Below, piece after piece: positions 12,466 to 24,974 of a stretch of DNA of 64,000 bases (positions within the stretch are counted from its first letter, which is position 1; every line of letters begins with the position of its first letter). The stretch comes from Diplonema japonicum (taxonomy: Eukaryota; Protista; Euglenozoa: Diplonemea). A model generated the notes under the pieces. It ran no database searches and was not told the DNA's origin. It was given only the letters and a program-made list of their open reading frames with translations. Made by a program: the position numbers and the translations under genes. Location: the NCBI GenBank assembly GCA_964019335.1, contig OZ025691.1, positions 186,001 to 250,000 of the forward strand, read 5' to 3'.

Positions 12466-14562
12466 ATGGCATTTCTTTCCCTGCTGTACGTGACAGCGGC
12501 CGCAGAGCTGCCCTTATTAGGAAATACAAATGCAATGGAAAGTATAAAAGGCATGATGGTCGTGGATGGCACAGCATATGCAGCAGCAGGCTCTTCGGGC
12601 CTGGTCGTAGTGGACGTTAAAAAATTGGGTGAAGCAAAGGAACTCTATCGGGTACGAACGGGAGGTGACACTAGTGGTGTAGACGTGGCGGAAGGGAATG
12701 TCTACATTGCAGACAGCAGAGGCGGCTTCCGTGTCATGAAAGGAGCGATTCTTGTGGGACTATTCGCAGAGCCCTGTATAGAAGTGCAGGTGTCCCGGGG
12801 TGTCGCCTACGTACTGTCCACACAGGGCGATGTGCTTGCTGTCAATGTTACCGACCCCACGGCACCTGAGCTCCTCGGGAGGTACAACGATAGCAGTGCC
12901 AGTCGTCTCTTCGCCGTGGAGACCACCGTCTACACCATTGCGCTCAATGCAAGTGGTCCGAACAGCAACCACGACCTCCACACCATCGACTTCAGCTCCC
13001 CCTCAGACCCCATCCTGCTTAGCTCAATGGGAATCAACGCAACCGTCATTGGCAGCATCTTTGTTACCGACACCTCTGCCTACGTAGCTGCTGCAAGCGA
13101 GGGCCTCCTCGTCTTCGACATAGCGGTGCCTTCTTCTCCTTTCTTGACAGTGGCCTATGCAGACGTCTTCTCTGCCACAGATCTCCATGTTGCTAACGAG
13201 ACAGCATATGTCTTCGACACCCCTGATCTGAAGATCATCGACGTTAGCACTGACACGCCCTTCCTCCTTGGCACCTTCGAAGCAGCGATGGGAACATTGG
13301 TGCAAGTGGTTGGGACGACTGCATACACTGCTGGAGATGGGATCCAGGTGCTTGACGTGGGGACCCCTTCCGACCCTGTGCTGCTGGGGGTGTTCCGCCC
13401 GCCAAGCGGCTCTGCTAGAGACGTTGCGGTTTCTGGGAGCTACGCGTATCTTGTGGGCGATAGATCTGTTTTGGAGGTGGTGGACATCAGGGACCTAGTG
13501 GTCCAAGCGGTTGTCGAAACAGATGTTGATGCACTAGGGAAAGCAGTGCAGGTGGTGGGGGGCGTTGCATATGTGGCTGCTTGTAGCCTTTTTTACACCT
13601 TAGACGTAAGCATCCCCCACCGCCCGAAGATGTTGGGGACCTTTCAGACCAGTGGGATGTTTGAGTACTGCGCCTACTCGGTTCATGTAGTGGGGACAGA
13701 CGCCTACGTGGGGTCGACGGTTGGCCTTCAAGTGCTCGACGTCAGCAAACCTGATGTCCCTTCCCTCATTGGCACCTATCAAAGTTCGTCAGTCACAGGT
13801 GTGTTCGTGTCAGGGACAACAGCCTATGCGACAAGTATCACAGGCTTGGCCCTGATCGATGTGGGGACCCCCTCCGACCCCACCCTCGTCGGGAGCGTGC
13901 GAACTCCCGGACACGCGAATGGGGTGACAGTGAGCGGCACCACTGCCTACATTGTTGACGAGAAGGGCCTGCATGTGGTCGATGCAAGCACTCCATCAGC
14001 ACCTGTCATCGTCGGCTCGTTCATTACAACCTCTGCCACTCATGTGGAGGTGGTGGGTGACACTGTGCTTGTCTCAGGCCGTGCGGGTCTGCAGCTAGTG
14101 GACGTGAGCACCCCTTCGGCACCCACCCTCGTCAACGAGTACACCGAGACCTCTTCCCTCAGGGGCATCGCTGTAGTGGGGAACTTAGTTTATGCAGCCG
14201 ACGTGGGGATGTCTGTGATCGAGATTTGGAAGAGCACCCTTGTACCGTCCACGGCAGAACCAGAGCCCCGTGCTCCTTCAACCCCAACACCTCCCACTCC
14301 CACAACCGCACCTGTAACGATGGTCCCCATACTTGTAACGATGGTCCCTGTAATAGAAGCGCCCAGCACGAGGGCGCCTGACACCCCTGCACCAGTCAGT
14401 GGGGACAGTGACAACAAGAATCTGACTATCGTGCTCGTTGTGATTGGCGTGTTGGCGCTTGTCTCTGCGGCGGCAGCTGGTATGTGGTGGTGGAAGAGGT
14501 CTCATAGTTCGAGCAGTGGGGGTGACGTGGGAAAGGTACCCAAGGCCCTCCCCCCTGAGTGA
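12466..14562 (+). CDS. LVIVD-repeat type I membrane surface protein
   Basis: Signal peptide; >12 repeats of V.V.G..AYV.....GL.V.DVS.PS.P.L.G; Pro/Thr stalk; C-terminal TM (IVLVVIGVLALVSAAAAGMWWW-KR). Intronless. Confidence 0.9.
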   Translation: MAFLSLLYVTAAAELPLLGNTNAMESIKGMMVVDGTAYAAAGSSGLVVVDVKKLGEAKELYRVRTGGDTSGVDVAEGNVYIADSRGGFRVMKGAILVGLFAEPCIEVQVSRGVAYVLSTQGDVLAVNVTDPTAPELLGRYNDSSASRLFAVETTVYTIALNASGPNSNHDLHTIDFSSPSDPILLSSMGINATVIGSIFVTDTSAYVAAASEGLLVFDIAVPSSPFLTVAYADVFSATDLHVANETAYVFDTPDLKIIDVSTDTPFLLGTFEAAMGTLVQVVGTTAYTAGDGIQVLDVGTPSDPVLLGVFRPPSGSARDVAVSGSYAYLVGDRSVLEVVDIRDLVVQAVVETDVDALGKAVQVVGGVAYVAACSLFYTLDVSIPHRPKMLGTFQTSGMFEYCAYSVHVVGTDAYVGSTVGLQVLDVSKPDVPSLIGTYQSSSVTGVFVSGTTAYATSITGLALIDVGTPSDPTLVGSVRTPGHANGVTVSGTTAYIVDEKGLHVVDASTPSAPVIVGSFITTSATHVEVVGDTVLVSGRAGLQLVDVSTPSAPTLVNEYTETSSLRGIAVVGNLVYAADVGMSVIEIWKSTLVPSTAEPEPRAPSTPTPPTPTTAPVTMVPILVTMVPVIEAPSTRAPDTPAPVSGDSDNKNLTIVLVVIGVLALVSAAAAGMWWWKRSHSSSSGGDVGKVPKALPPE

Positions 14563-14937
14563 GCCTTGATCCTAGCTTTACAGCATAGGACAGCACCTTC
14601 TCTCATTTTTTCCCTTTCCCTTTCGTTTTGTTTTTTTTTTCTTCAGATTACATAGACCGCCTCGTGAACTGATCAGGTGAGAAGCCTCTCTCACTTGTCT
14701 CTTTTCGTGTGCGAAACTTTCTGTTAGTCTTCTCAGTTGCAAATGAAACCCTTGCACCACCCCATGTACTTCTCTTTTTGTTTTATGAACAAATGCAAAG
14801 CGATACGATTCTCCTTCCATATACCCCCATTCTCTTCAAATTCTAGCTTTTCCTTCCTCCCTTTTTGACATGTGGCAGAAATTATTCACCTCAACGGCAA
14901 GTTTCACAAAGCAGGGAGGAGAGGGCGGGGAAAAGAA

Positions 14938-15474
14938 ATGAAAATATCTGAACTAGAGATGAATGAAGCAGGCGCCAGAATTGACGTGAAACAAAGGGAG
15001 TGGGGGGAGAGAGACGTCTTGCTGATGAGGCTGCAAGGTCAGCAAAAGCGGCTGATCGAAAATCAAATAACGAGACTGATACAAGTGAACGGGCGGGACA
15101 CAAGGACACGGTCTTGCAGCCCTATGATTGTAGCGATGCTGCCTGGGCGGGAGATAGAGAAAAGACAGAGTTTTATGGGGAAGAGATCCGAGAGGTCCCT
15201 GCAGTCGTCCTTCGCACTACCGCCGAGAAACACCCCAGCGTCTCTGTCTGCACTGCGTTCGTTGACGTCCGCCCCAACAAGCAACCCCCTGCCCCCTCCT
15301 CCGCCTCCCTCTTACCAACAATCAACAAAAAGCACCCCAGCACCTACACCTTCCACTACTGCCCTCCTCCTAGCAAAACGCAGGCAGCAGCAAGCGATCC
15401 GTTTGCAGCAAAACCAGCCAATCCTGATCTCTCCACCGTCTCCTACTATTTCGTCTGTGGCTAGTTCTCGTTGA
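14938..15474 (+). CDS. Hypothetical Pro/Ser-rich protein
   Basis: ATG after a purine/A run, coding-like composition, T-tract after the stop. No recognisable domain. Confidence 0.5.
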   Translation: MKISELEMNEAGARIDVKQREWGERDVLLMRLQGQQKRLIENQITRLIQVNGRDTRTRSCSPMIVAMLPGREIEKRQSFMGKRSERSLQSSFALPPRNTPASLSALRSLTSAPTSNPLPPPPPPSYQQSTKSTPAPTPSTTALLLAKRRQQQAIRLQQNQPILISPPSPTISSVASSR

Positions 15475-15669
15475 GGGGAGAAATTGATGAGAGATTTTCG
15501 TTCTTTGTCGTCCCCTCCCCCTTCAGTTGTTGTTCTTTTTTTTTTTTTTTTTTTTTTTTTCTCCTTCCCTGTTGGTTCTCCCCATCCCCTTGTATTCATA
15601 TTTGGTTTTACCCTTCAAAGATTAAAGACGAAAGTGGTTTCAAGTAAAAACAAGATGAAATTAAAAAAC

Positions 15670-15742
15670 TAGCAGAGGTAGGTTTCGATCCTACGACCTG
15701 TGGGTTATGGGCCCACCGCGCTGACCACTGCGCCACTCTGCT
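15670..15742 (-). tRNA. Initiator tRNA-Met (CAT)
   Basis: Reverse complement AGCAGAGTGGCGCAGTGGTCAGCGCGGTGGGCCCATAACCCACAGGTCGTAGGATCGAAACCTACCTCTGCTA. A1:U72 pair, three G:C anticodon-stem pairs and T-loop AUCGAAA are eukaryotic initiator hallmarks. T6 terminator follows. Confidence 0.97.
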
Positions 15743-17146
15743 TCTGCATCTCCGTAGGCACGATAATGATAAATATCCATAGATGTGTAATGGAAACAAA
15801 ACACGCAATTTGGGCTTTTTAATGTTTAATTCTCAAGAATATGATTTTTGGTTTCCTCTCGTCTTTCAAGAAGGGTTTTTAAAAGAGGAAGGATGGGGGA
15901 AAAAACGAGAAAGAAATCTTTAAGAGATTGTCTTCCCCTCCCCTTGGCACCTCTTTTGTTACGTTTATTCAATAGCATCACCCCAGTGTGCTACTTCAAG
16001 AACAGTAGGGAGAAGTCGTTTAGAAAAAAAGATGGGGAAGAGAGAAAAAGAAAAAGAAGGTTCTGCCTTCCTTGAAGTAGCAGAAGGAATGGCGGTGAGA
16101 GATTTTTCTTAGGCGCGTGTTCACAGTTGAGGCCCAAAATGGGTTTATTCTGCAGACCTGTGAAACAGATGCCTCGATTACTTTAGCGTCACACAACGCG
16201 AAGATTCAACAACTGGCCGAAACGAGAGGGAATTTTTGTTTTCCCTTCTTCCCCTCCTTTCCTGAGTCTACGCCCACCCTTGTTTTAACAATATTATTGT
16301 CGAGACTAAAAACTAGTTGATGGCAGCGTAATGAGCTATTTTATTAGGTAAAATTCCGCTCGTGTGCACAAACAAATGAAGCGCCAAACTAGTTTTTTAA
16401 AGTTCCTTTTACCCCGTTCAACGAATCTAAATGAAGGAAGAAAGAGAAATAAAAAAGAGAAAGAGAGAAAGACAAGCATTCAGTCTATTATGATTTTTTT
16501 TTCTACTTTTTCTTTCTTTCTCCTCCTCACATTCTTTTTTTCTGTTCTGAAATCCAAAAAAAATAAAGTCACTTGACTTTGTCTATAACAAAAAAAAAAG
16601 AGTGTGCTTTGGGTTACAAAGCCCCCCACATTTCTAACTCATGCACGCAAAGCACCAGTTTCTTCTCTCGCGTATTCTCAATTTTTGCCTATTGAGTGGA
16701 GAGCAGGGTAAAAAAAAAGAAATATTTTAAACAAACAAATACAAAACAAAAAGGATTCACAAAAATACCGGAACGGCTTACAGAGTGAAAAAGAAAACGG
16801 GGGGGGGGGGGGGGGGGGGGATCGGATTGCCATGATTTGTTTATTATTTCAAAGATTGGCACAGGGTGCTGAAATGCTTGAATATGACTGTTTGTTCGAG
16901 AGATTTGATTAGAATTTTTGAATACCCCCTCCCATAAAGAGGGAAACCTCTGAATATAGACGATGTTTCAAGTTTAAGATCCACCGTTTGAACCTGTGGG
17001 CTTTCAAAAAACCCGCGTACAAAAAAAATTAAAAAAGAACGAAAAAAAAAACGTAAACACTTACTCAAAGCAGTGACCCTGTGCTCTCCCTCCACTCTCA
17101 GCTTTTCTCTTTTTCTTTTTCTTTTCCCCATCTTTTATTCTCCATC

Positions 17147-17199
<53 letters not shown>

Positions 17200-17266
17200 C
17201 CACCAAAAAAAAAAAGGGCAGTTGGAGTAAATTTGTTTTTTTTTTCTTTTTCTCCACACAAAAAAT

Positions 17267-18352
17267 ATGATGAATCTAGCCCACCGTGTTAAGGCGGCGT
17301 ACGAGGAAGGCAGCTACCTCTTGGATGGGGCGGTGGGGGGAGACCTGGTTGCGGCGAGTAATAGTCTGAAAACAGTCAAACTGTACACCACAGATTCACT
17401 GCAATTCACAGGCGAGCTGAAGGGCCACAGGGACGCAGTTAAAGATTTGAGGTTCAGCAAAGTGAGCAATGGGAGCATGGCGATGACAGTGGGAGAGCGG
17501 AGCGTAGTAAGGTGGGACACAAGGTCGATGAAAGGTGAGCCTCTCAAGGTACCGATCCACGGGGACGTCAACTCGGGTGACATTTCATGCGACGGTGCGA
17601 TGATGGCGTTCGGCAACGGGAACGATGTCGTGGTGTACGATGTAAGGAATCTATCCTCGCCTCTCATCAACCTCGACGGCTTCCACACAGATCTCATCAC
17701 ACGGGTTCGGTTCCATGAATCCTCACCTTCTATCCTCACAACTGGCTCCGAAGACGGCCTCATCATCGTCATCGATCCCAAAGCTGGCAACGAAGACGAC
17801 GCCACCACATGGATCTTCAACGTCAACAATCCTATCAGCACCCTGACTTACAACGGCAGCAACATCATCGCCACAACCACCACAGAGTCCGTCTTCATGG
17901 GCGACCTGAACACCGGTTCAACAGTTCTAACTCAAGAACGTCCCGATGAATGGCTTTATGTGATCGGCCCTGTTCAAGACAAGATGATGTGGGGCGTGAA
18001 GGGAGAAGAGAACGAATCCCGTTATGGTGAAATCCTCACAGCGCCTATCGGTGAAAGCGTCTCGCCCGAGTCATGGCCGGTCATCAAAGGTGGGCATGAA
18101 GACTTGGTCAGGTTCGCGCACTATCACCCGGTAAACTCCACCCTTTACACTGGTGGGGAAGATGGGTTTCTCTGTGCATGGTCAGCAACGGAGTCTCATT
18201 CCGGGTTCTCAACTGAGAGCAGGGTACCTGCCTCGAAGAATACTGAGCTGGACGTTGAGTTCACAGGCGATTGCACTGTCACCGCATCCCCCCTTGTTTC
18301 GCACAAATCGCGAAAATCCACAACAAAGTCGAGACGGCAAGCTCCGTATTAA
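17267..18352 (+). CDS. WD40-repeat protein (WDR89-like)
   Basis: GH..AV.DL.F, RWDTR, FHTDLITRVRFH..LTTGSEDGL, GGHEDLVR..LYTGGEDG.L..W. Confidence 0.88.
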   Translation: MMNLAHRVKAAYEEGSYLLDGAVGGDLVAASNSLKTVKLYTTDSLQFTGELKGHRDAVKDLRFSKVSNGSMAMTVGERSVVRWDTRSMKGEPLKVPIHGDVNSGDISCDGAMMAFGNGNDVVVYDVRNLSSPLINLDGFHTDLITRVRFHESSPSILTTGSEDGLIIVIDPKAGNEDDATTWIFNVNNPISTLTYNGSNIIATTTTESVFMGDLNTGSTVLTQERPDEWLYVIGPVQDKMMWGVKGEENESRYGEILTAPIGESVSPESWPVIKGGHEDLVRFAHYHPVNSTLYTGGEDGFLCAWSATESHSGFSTESRVPASKNTELDVEFTGDCTVTASPLVSHKSRKSTTKSRRQAPY

Positions 18353-18520
18353 GCAAGGAACCCTTCCCCTCCTTTTTTTTCTGCAGCCCCCCCCCCCTTT
18401 TTTTCTTTCTTCCGTTTCTTCATTTCTCACATCATCAAATCATTGTTTTTTTATACTCCTGTTTTTCCCCCCCCCTCGTTTTTTTTCTTGCACATAAGGC
18501 CATACAGGTTGGGGTGGTCC

Positions 18521-21500
18521 ATGGGCGGACGCAATGGGAAACTGACCCAAGGAGGGACCCACAACGCAACAGGCGAGGTTCAAGAACACGAGATGTGCGG
18601 AGTTGACTTTTGCACGGGTCTGGACGCAAGTGAAGAAGAAGGGAAAGAAGGAGGGGGCAGAGTAGCGTACACGGAGAAAGGAGGAAGGGTGGTGTGGTAT
18701 GAAGCGGCGGGGAAGAAACTGTTCAAAAGGTGTGAAGGAGCAAGCAGAGAGGTCGAGCAGCTTGTGTTTGACACGAAAACAGGGCGTCTGTACGATCAGA
18801 TGGGGGATGGGGGTGTCTTGCAAGCACACCACACAAGCATCTTAAAGCCACTAAGTGACGTCGCCACGGCGTGTGGTGTAGAACTGCATGGGTTCGATGC
18901 AGTATCGCAGCACGAGTGCTTTCAGGAGGGCGACGAAGTAGAAATCTCTAGCGACGTGGCCAGTGTCAGAACGCTGATGGGCAGCCTGCAGGGGACAAGC
19001 CTGTGGCATGACGAACTGTGCTCGTACTGCGGGACGCTTGGGTTTGTTACTGAAATATCTCCCGACTTGCAGACAGTGGATGTGCAGCATCACGACGGGT
19101 GCATGGTGACATGGTGCTACGCAGTGTGCAACATGCCCGACGATCTGCTTCTCACCGACGCGCTCCATGCGGTTGACACCCTGTCTCTCAAGCATCCGGA
19201 CAAGCTTAAAACATCTCTCAAAGCCTCCCGCGGTCCCCGCCGTTATACCCTCGAGCGTCTCCGCACCAACGTTTCCAACTGGAAGGACCCTTCCTGGCAC
19301 GACAAGCAGCTCTTTCTCGACACAGTGACCCACCTACAATCTCGGAGAATGCTGAAAGGCAAGGGTAACCGGTATCGACCCCACTCACCCGTTCTCGGGA
19401 AGGCTATCAACACACTTCTCGTCTACGAACGCACGCACAACCGTCTGGCCCAGGCCCCTATCCTCCTCCGTGCCACGGAACGCTTCGGTGACTCTCTCCT
19501 CGTTTACTCCTACCGACACTACATGTTGACTGTCATCGGCTGCCTCCCCGGCCTCTGGGAACGATCTCCTCACTGGACAGCCACCGAACGCTCGTCTGTC
19601 GAGCACGATATCATCTCCCTCCTAGAGTCTTCCTTCTCCCCCGAGCAAAGCGGAGCGAAGGGGCTCGTTGCATCTCTTCGCCCGTCATCTATCCCCCCTT
19701 ATATCCTAGCCCGCCTTGCTTGTAAGCACGGAAGAGAACTGAGGAGAATACCCGAAGAACTCATAGGACAAATCACGGAGTACTTGATCCCCATTTCTAC
19801 GCTGGAGGTGCTGAGGTCTAGGCTGAGCCTGAACAAGGAGCCGCAAGACGAGGATGACGGCATGGAGCATGCTGTCGAAATGTACCAGCAAGCGCTGGAC
19901 CAGACGGGGTCGGTGCACGACCACCACATCGGTAAAGGATGTCTGGCTGTCATGGGGAAAGATTATAAGTCGGCGAAGGCCTCCTTCCGGGAGGCCATGG
20001 AATGTCACAAGCCAAGCGGGACTCCTGCAGAGGTGCCTGAAGGGCACGTGTATCTCGATGTTTTGGTGAAGTGGGCGGGTGTGAAACATGGGTGGGTGAC
20101 CGACGAGGATGAGGGCGGGGGTAGTGCAGGGTCCAGCGCTGATCTGTTACTGCAGTACGGTGAGGGTGTCCCTCAGACACCTGTTCCCCAAACATATTTG
20201 ACACCAACCAACACTGAAGGCGACATCACGGGGAACATATGGGCCTCGCTGAGCACGCCACCGCCTGCCCAGCCATCGCGCACGACAAGGTCGCCTCCGG
20301 CTGACGTCGTTGACACACTGCAGTTCGACTCTGAAGAAGTTGACTGCACGTGTGGGAGGGAAGATGAGAGCGACAGTTTGAAGTATCTTAAGGTGCTTGG
20401 CGAGGTGTCTAAAGCACACCCAGTGACGCCCTCAGACCCACAGCCTGTCACACAGCGCGACTTGGAGTCCAATTGTGTATACTGCCTGTACCACATGGCA
20501 CTGTGCTCTGATTTAGAAGGGGGCACCGCGCTGCTAGAGAAGGCGGAGATGTTATTCCAAGACGAACGCCCCGGCGACGCAGACCTGGACAGGGTGGTCG
20601 TGCAGGGTAGGGCGTGGCAGGGAACAGATGCCGCTCCGCACTCTCTAAACGGGTGCAGCTTCATGAACGCGATGGTGAACCAGCTGCTTGGGTTGTACTA
20701 CATTGCGGGGAAAAGGTACACCGCGGCGAGGCGGCCATTCAGGGTGGCGGAGTCGCTGGTGGGGTCGAGTCTGTCAAGCTGCTGGTTGGCAAAGCTGGAT
20801 GTTCGCGACGGCGACAAAACAGCAGCTTACGAACGGCTGAACACGTTGTTCTGCAAGCTGAGCACACCGCCAACGGCAGCGACGCTTTACTACTCCGACT
20901 ACGCAAGACTTGGGGAGAGCCTCGCACTGCTCTACTTCTCGCTAGACCATCTGGACAATGCATTGCTGAAGGCACCAAAACGCCCTGCTCTACACCAACT
21001 CCGTGCTGGGATCCTCGCAGACTGTGGGAACACTGCAACGGCAGTGACGGCTCTGTCACGCTCCATCATGTACACATACCAAGCAGTGGACCTGCTACAC
21101 CGTGCTATGCATAAAATCAAACTGGGCATGACGACGTCTGCTGTGGAGGATTTATGTGCCTGCCTGCTGTTCCAACCCACGAACACGAAAGCACTGATTC
21201 TTCTCAGGCAGTACAGTCACCTTGTCCCAACCGATTCGGAGGCTTTACTCGCTACGTTCTACTCCCGAAACGGGTACGTCGCCAAGGCGGCATGTCTTTA
21301 CCAGTCGCTTCGGTTGCAGCCGCACAACCCTCATGTGTATTGCCGGGTCAGCCAATTCTTCTTTCGTTTGGGCAACAAGAAGAACGTGCACAATTATTGG
21401 TGCAACCGTGCGATCGAGAACTGCCCTGCCCCGTGGTTGCCGCTGTTCAAAGGTCTTTTAGCTGAATCAGCGAGGGACTACGAGCTGGCAGCGGTGCTAT

Positions 21501-22263
21501 TTAAAGAGGCTATTCGAAACCTACCGTTGGAGTACGAATGCCATCTCATGCTTGCGTACACTCTGGTGTCGCTTCACAGATACGACAATTCTATCAAAGT
21601 TCTGCAGTGCGCGCTGCAACTGGCTAGCCATCCATCGCACTGCAGTATAATATACAACAACATCGGGTACAACTACCGGTGTAGGAAGATGTACCACAAG
21701 GCACTGTCGTACTTCGACAAGAGCAAAGAGTACATTCCGCATCTACACTACACGTTCTTCAATCCTTACTCGAACGCATCGGAGATCTACAACATGATGG
21801 GAGAGCAGCAGAAGGCTGTGGACGAGATACACACCGGCCTGCAAATGGCGATTGAAGTCCGACCTTCCATGCTGGAAGAACTCCTCACGAAAAGTACATT
21901 TTCCAGCATACAAGACATCTTTGCGCTTTGTAGTCAAATCAAAACGATGGACCCGTACAACGAGTTCACCTACAGGTACGTGGCAGCCGTGTTGTGGGAA
22001 ATTGGTTGCATGGAAGCAGGGTTGTCTGAGCTTGATGAGGGGATTGAACTGTCGTTGGGGATACATGCGCTCATCATGCGCGGGGAGGTCATGCATTGCT
22101 TTTCACTTGGTGTGAAGGCCAAGGGCGACCTTGCAATGTCGCTTTTATTAGACCCTCGCAATGAGGTATGTGATGAGGGAGGAAACAGAATAATAATAAT
22201 AATAATAAGGCTGCGCTCCGACTTTATAACCAGTGCAACAGACAATGCCCCACATTAATCTGA
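18521..22263 (+). CDS. Large TPR-repeat protein with Mib SH3-repeat-like domain, 2 exons
   Basis: ATG 18521. FQEGDEVEISSDVASVRTL..W..EL..YCG..G.V is Mib-repeat-like. TPR helices (YNNIGYNY, YSNASEIY). Intron 22166-22209 restores LDPRNE|AALRLY, with stop TGA at 22261-22263. Confidence 0.85.
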
Positions 22264-23478
22264 GATAAAAGGAGGGAGGAGTTAAAAAAAAAAAGGAAAA
22301 AAAAAGAAGGGAAAAAAAATGGGGTTGGGGGTGGGTGGGTGTTGGTTTTTTTTTCAGTTCAGTTCGTTCCCCCCCCCCCCCCCCCCCCCACATTTCATCT
22401 CACCAAGTTTTCCGAAAAATTGTCCGAAGGGGCTCCCCCCCCCCCCCTTCTTTCCAGCAAAAGAAATTTTAAAACACTCATACATGACATGAACTGTTTT
22501 CCGGATATTTAGATATGAGGCACTTGTTTAAACCTTTAAGGTGAGTCACAAAGGAGAGGATTGGGATCAGCGCTACAGCACAGTGGAATAGGAAAGAGGT
22601 GTTTGGTGTTGGGAAGGGGGAATGAGGTAAGTTTCTTTTTTTTGGGGGGGGATATTTTAGGGGACCAATGTTTCCGATCTTCCTGTGGTGAGTCTTGAGA
22701 ACACTCGTTCTTGAGCCTACGGGGATAGCTGGGGGTGAGACTACGCGCATAGCACATGCTTCCCACAACATTCTCTTCAGTTGGTGTTTAATTACTTCTG
22801 TGGCCCCATTCCCCATTTCAAAGCTACCATAGGGTAGGCTTCGGAGGTGTGTCGGCCTTTTTTTTTTTTTTTTTTTCTTTCTTTTTTTTTTCTCCTTCTG
22901 TTTCTTTCTTATCTGTTGTCATTTCTTCCCCCCACCCCCATATTGAGGAGTTTTAAGAATGGAAAGAAAACCATTATGGTAGAAAGAAAGAGAAATACCT
23001 CGTTCTCTGTTTTCTTTTTTTTTTTCTCTTTGAATCTTTTCCTTTTTTTTTTCTCCACATAAAAATAAAAATAACAGCGAACCAAAGTCGATAATTCTAC
23101 AACTGCAAAAGCTTTCTCGTCTTAAAGGTAGTAGAAGCTCTGCAATGAATATCGACCAGTAAAAAAAAAAAAAAAAAAAAAAGAAAAGATATACCACCAC
23201 AAAAAAGAAAAAAAAAAGAAGAAGAGCGAAGGGGGTGAGAGAGCAAAAAAAAAAAAAAAAAAAAAAAAGAAGAAGAAAAAAAAAAGAAGACAGTCTCACC
23301 CTTTCTCGCTCTCTCTCTCTCTCTCTTAATTGGAAAGTAGGGGGGAACAGCGTACCCCCCCCCCCCCCCCCCAATCTTACCTCCCTACTTTTGTTTGATA
23401 GTCCGATGTCCCCTTTTTCCACCCGTTTAAATTCATGATCCATATTAACCCCCCCTTTTTTTTTCCTGTTCCTCAAAT

Positions 23479-23514
<36 letters not shown>

Positions 23515-23544
23515 ACAAACTCACCAGTGATATCATTCCATTCC

Positions 23545-24936
23545 ATGGATGGGAAATGGGGTGTTTATAACGTAAAGAACTGTATAGGCCGAGGTGCCCA
23601 AGGGAGCGCGTACCTCTGCTCCAACGGAGAAGGCGAAGATGTGGTAGTGAAAACGGTGTTTATAAGGGAAAAGCAAGAGAAAGAGGTGGAAAAGGCAATG
23701 GCGGAGGTTTCGATCCTAAGCAACCTAAGCCACGAGAATATTGTCCGGTACATGGACTACTTCATTGACAGGGAAGGGTTCCTGTGCATGGTGTTGGAAT
23801 ATGCACGCGGTGGGGATTTGAACTGCCTCATATGTGATCATGAACAGTCTGGGGTTCAAATCCCATGTGATGTGGTTGTGGACACAGGACGTCAGATGCT
23901 TGCTGCACTGAGATACCTCAGACACCAAAGAGTCCTCCATCGTGACATAAAACCTGGCAACATCTTGATTGGATCCGATGGGAAGCTTCGCCTCTCCGAT
24001 TTCGGTGTTTCCAAAGTCCTTGACCTCGATCAAGGTGGTGCGACAACCTTCACCGGAACGCCCTTTTACATCTCACCCGAGCTCTGCCTCGGCGAAAAAT
24101 ACGGTTTTGGAGCCGACATGTGGTCTCTAGGGGTCACCCTCTACGAACTCGCCACCTTTACACACCCCTTTAAAGGCAACAACCTCCTTGCAATTGTCAA
24201 TTCTATTACGGACGGTGCATATCCGGCTTTGCCTGACACGAAAGATCCGCGTCTCTGTTCCCTGATATCCGCTCTTTTAACAGCGGATCCTACTGTTAGG
24301 TTCACCGCTGCACAGGCTTTGCGTGAATTTTTCCCGTCCGAGCTGCCGAATTTAAGTCTGAACATAGACGGTATTTATGAGGGAGAAGAAGATGATGATG
24401 ATGATGATGGTTTGAATTCTGAAGAGGGGTCTGACGGTGCTCAAACAGAAACACCTGTGAAGTTGTCGTGGTTGGACGCCGATCGGGAACGGTTCGGGGT
24501 GTCCATGGATTTAGAAGCGAAAATCAGGGAAAAAGCAGAGGCCCTGCAGCGGAAGAGGTTGTTGATACACGAAAAGAAGAAACGCCTGAAGGCTCTCGAC
24601 GACACGGCCAAGTGCGAAGACACAACCTCTCCACCACTACCGCCAGTCACCTCACCGCAGTACGTTGTCCGGGCAAGGTTTTTAGCAACGATAAACCAAC
24701 GCGCTGAGAAGGAAGGCCGACAACCGAATTTTTTCAGCCTTGAAGACGACGAATACTGTGAAGCCGACAGTCTACTTTCAAGCACGCAAAACGTGGAAAT
24801 GGAAAACATGTTCAACATGACAGACAAGCGATGCCTCACCTCGGTGAGAAGGTTGATGCATGAAACTCTGAAAGAACGATCAGCGTTAGGGCTTGTATCG
24901 GACTCTGATTCAGAAGAAGAAGAAGAAGAGGAGGAG

Positions 24937-24974
<38 letters not shown>

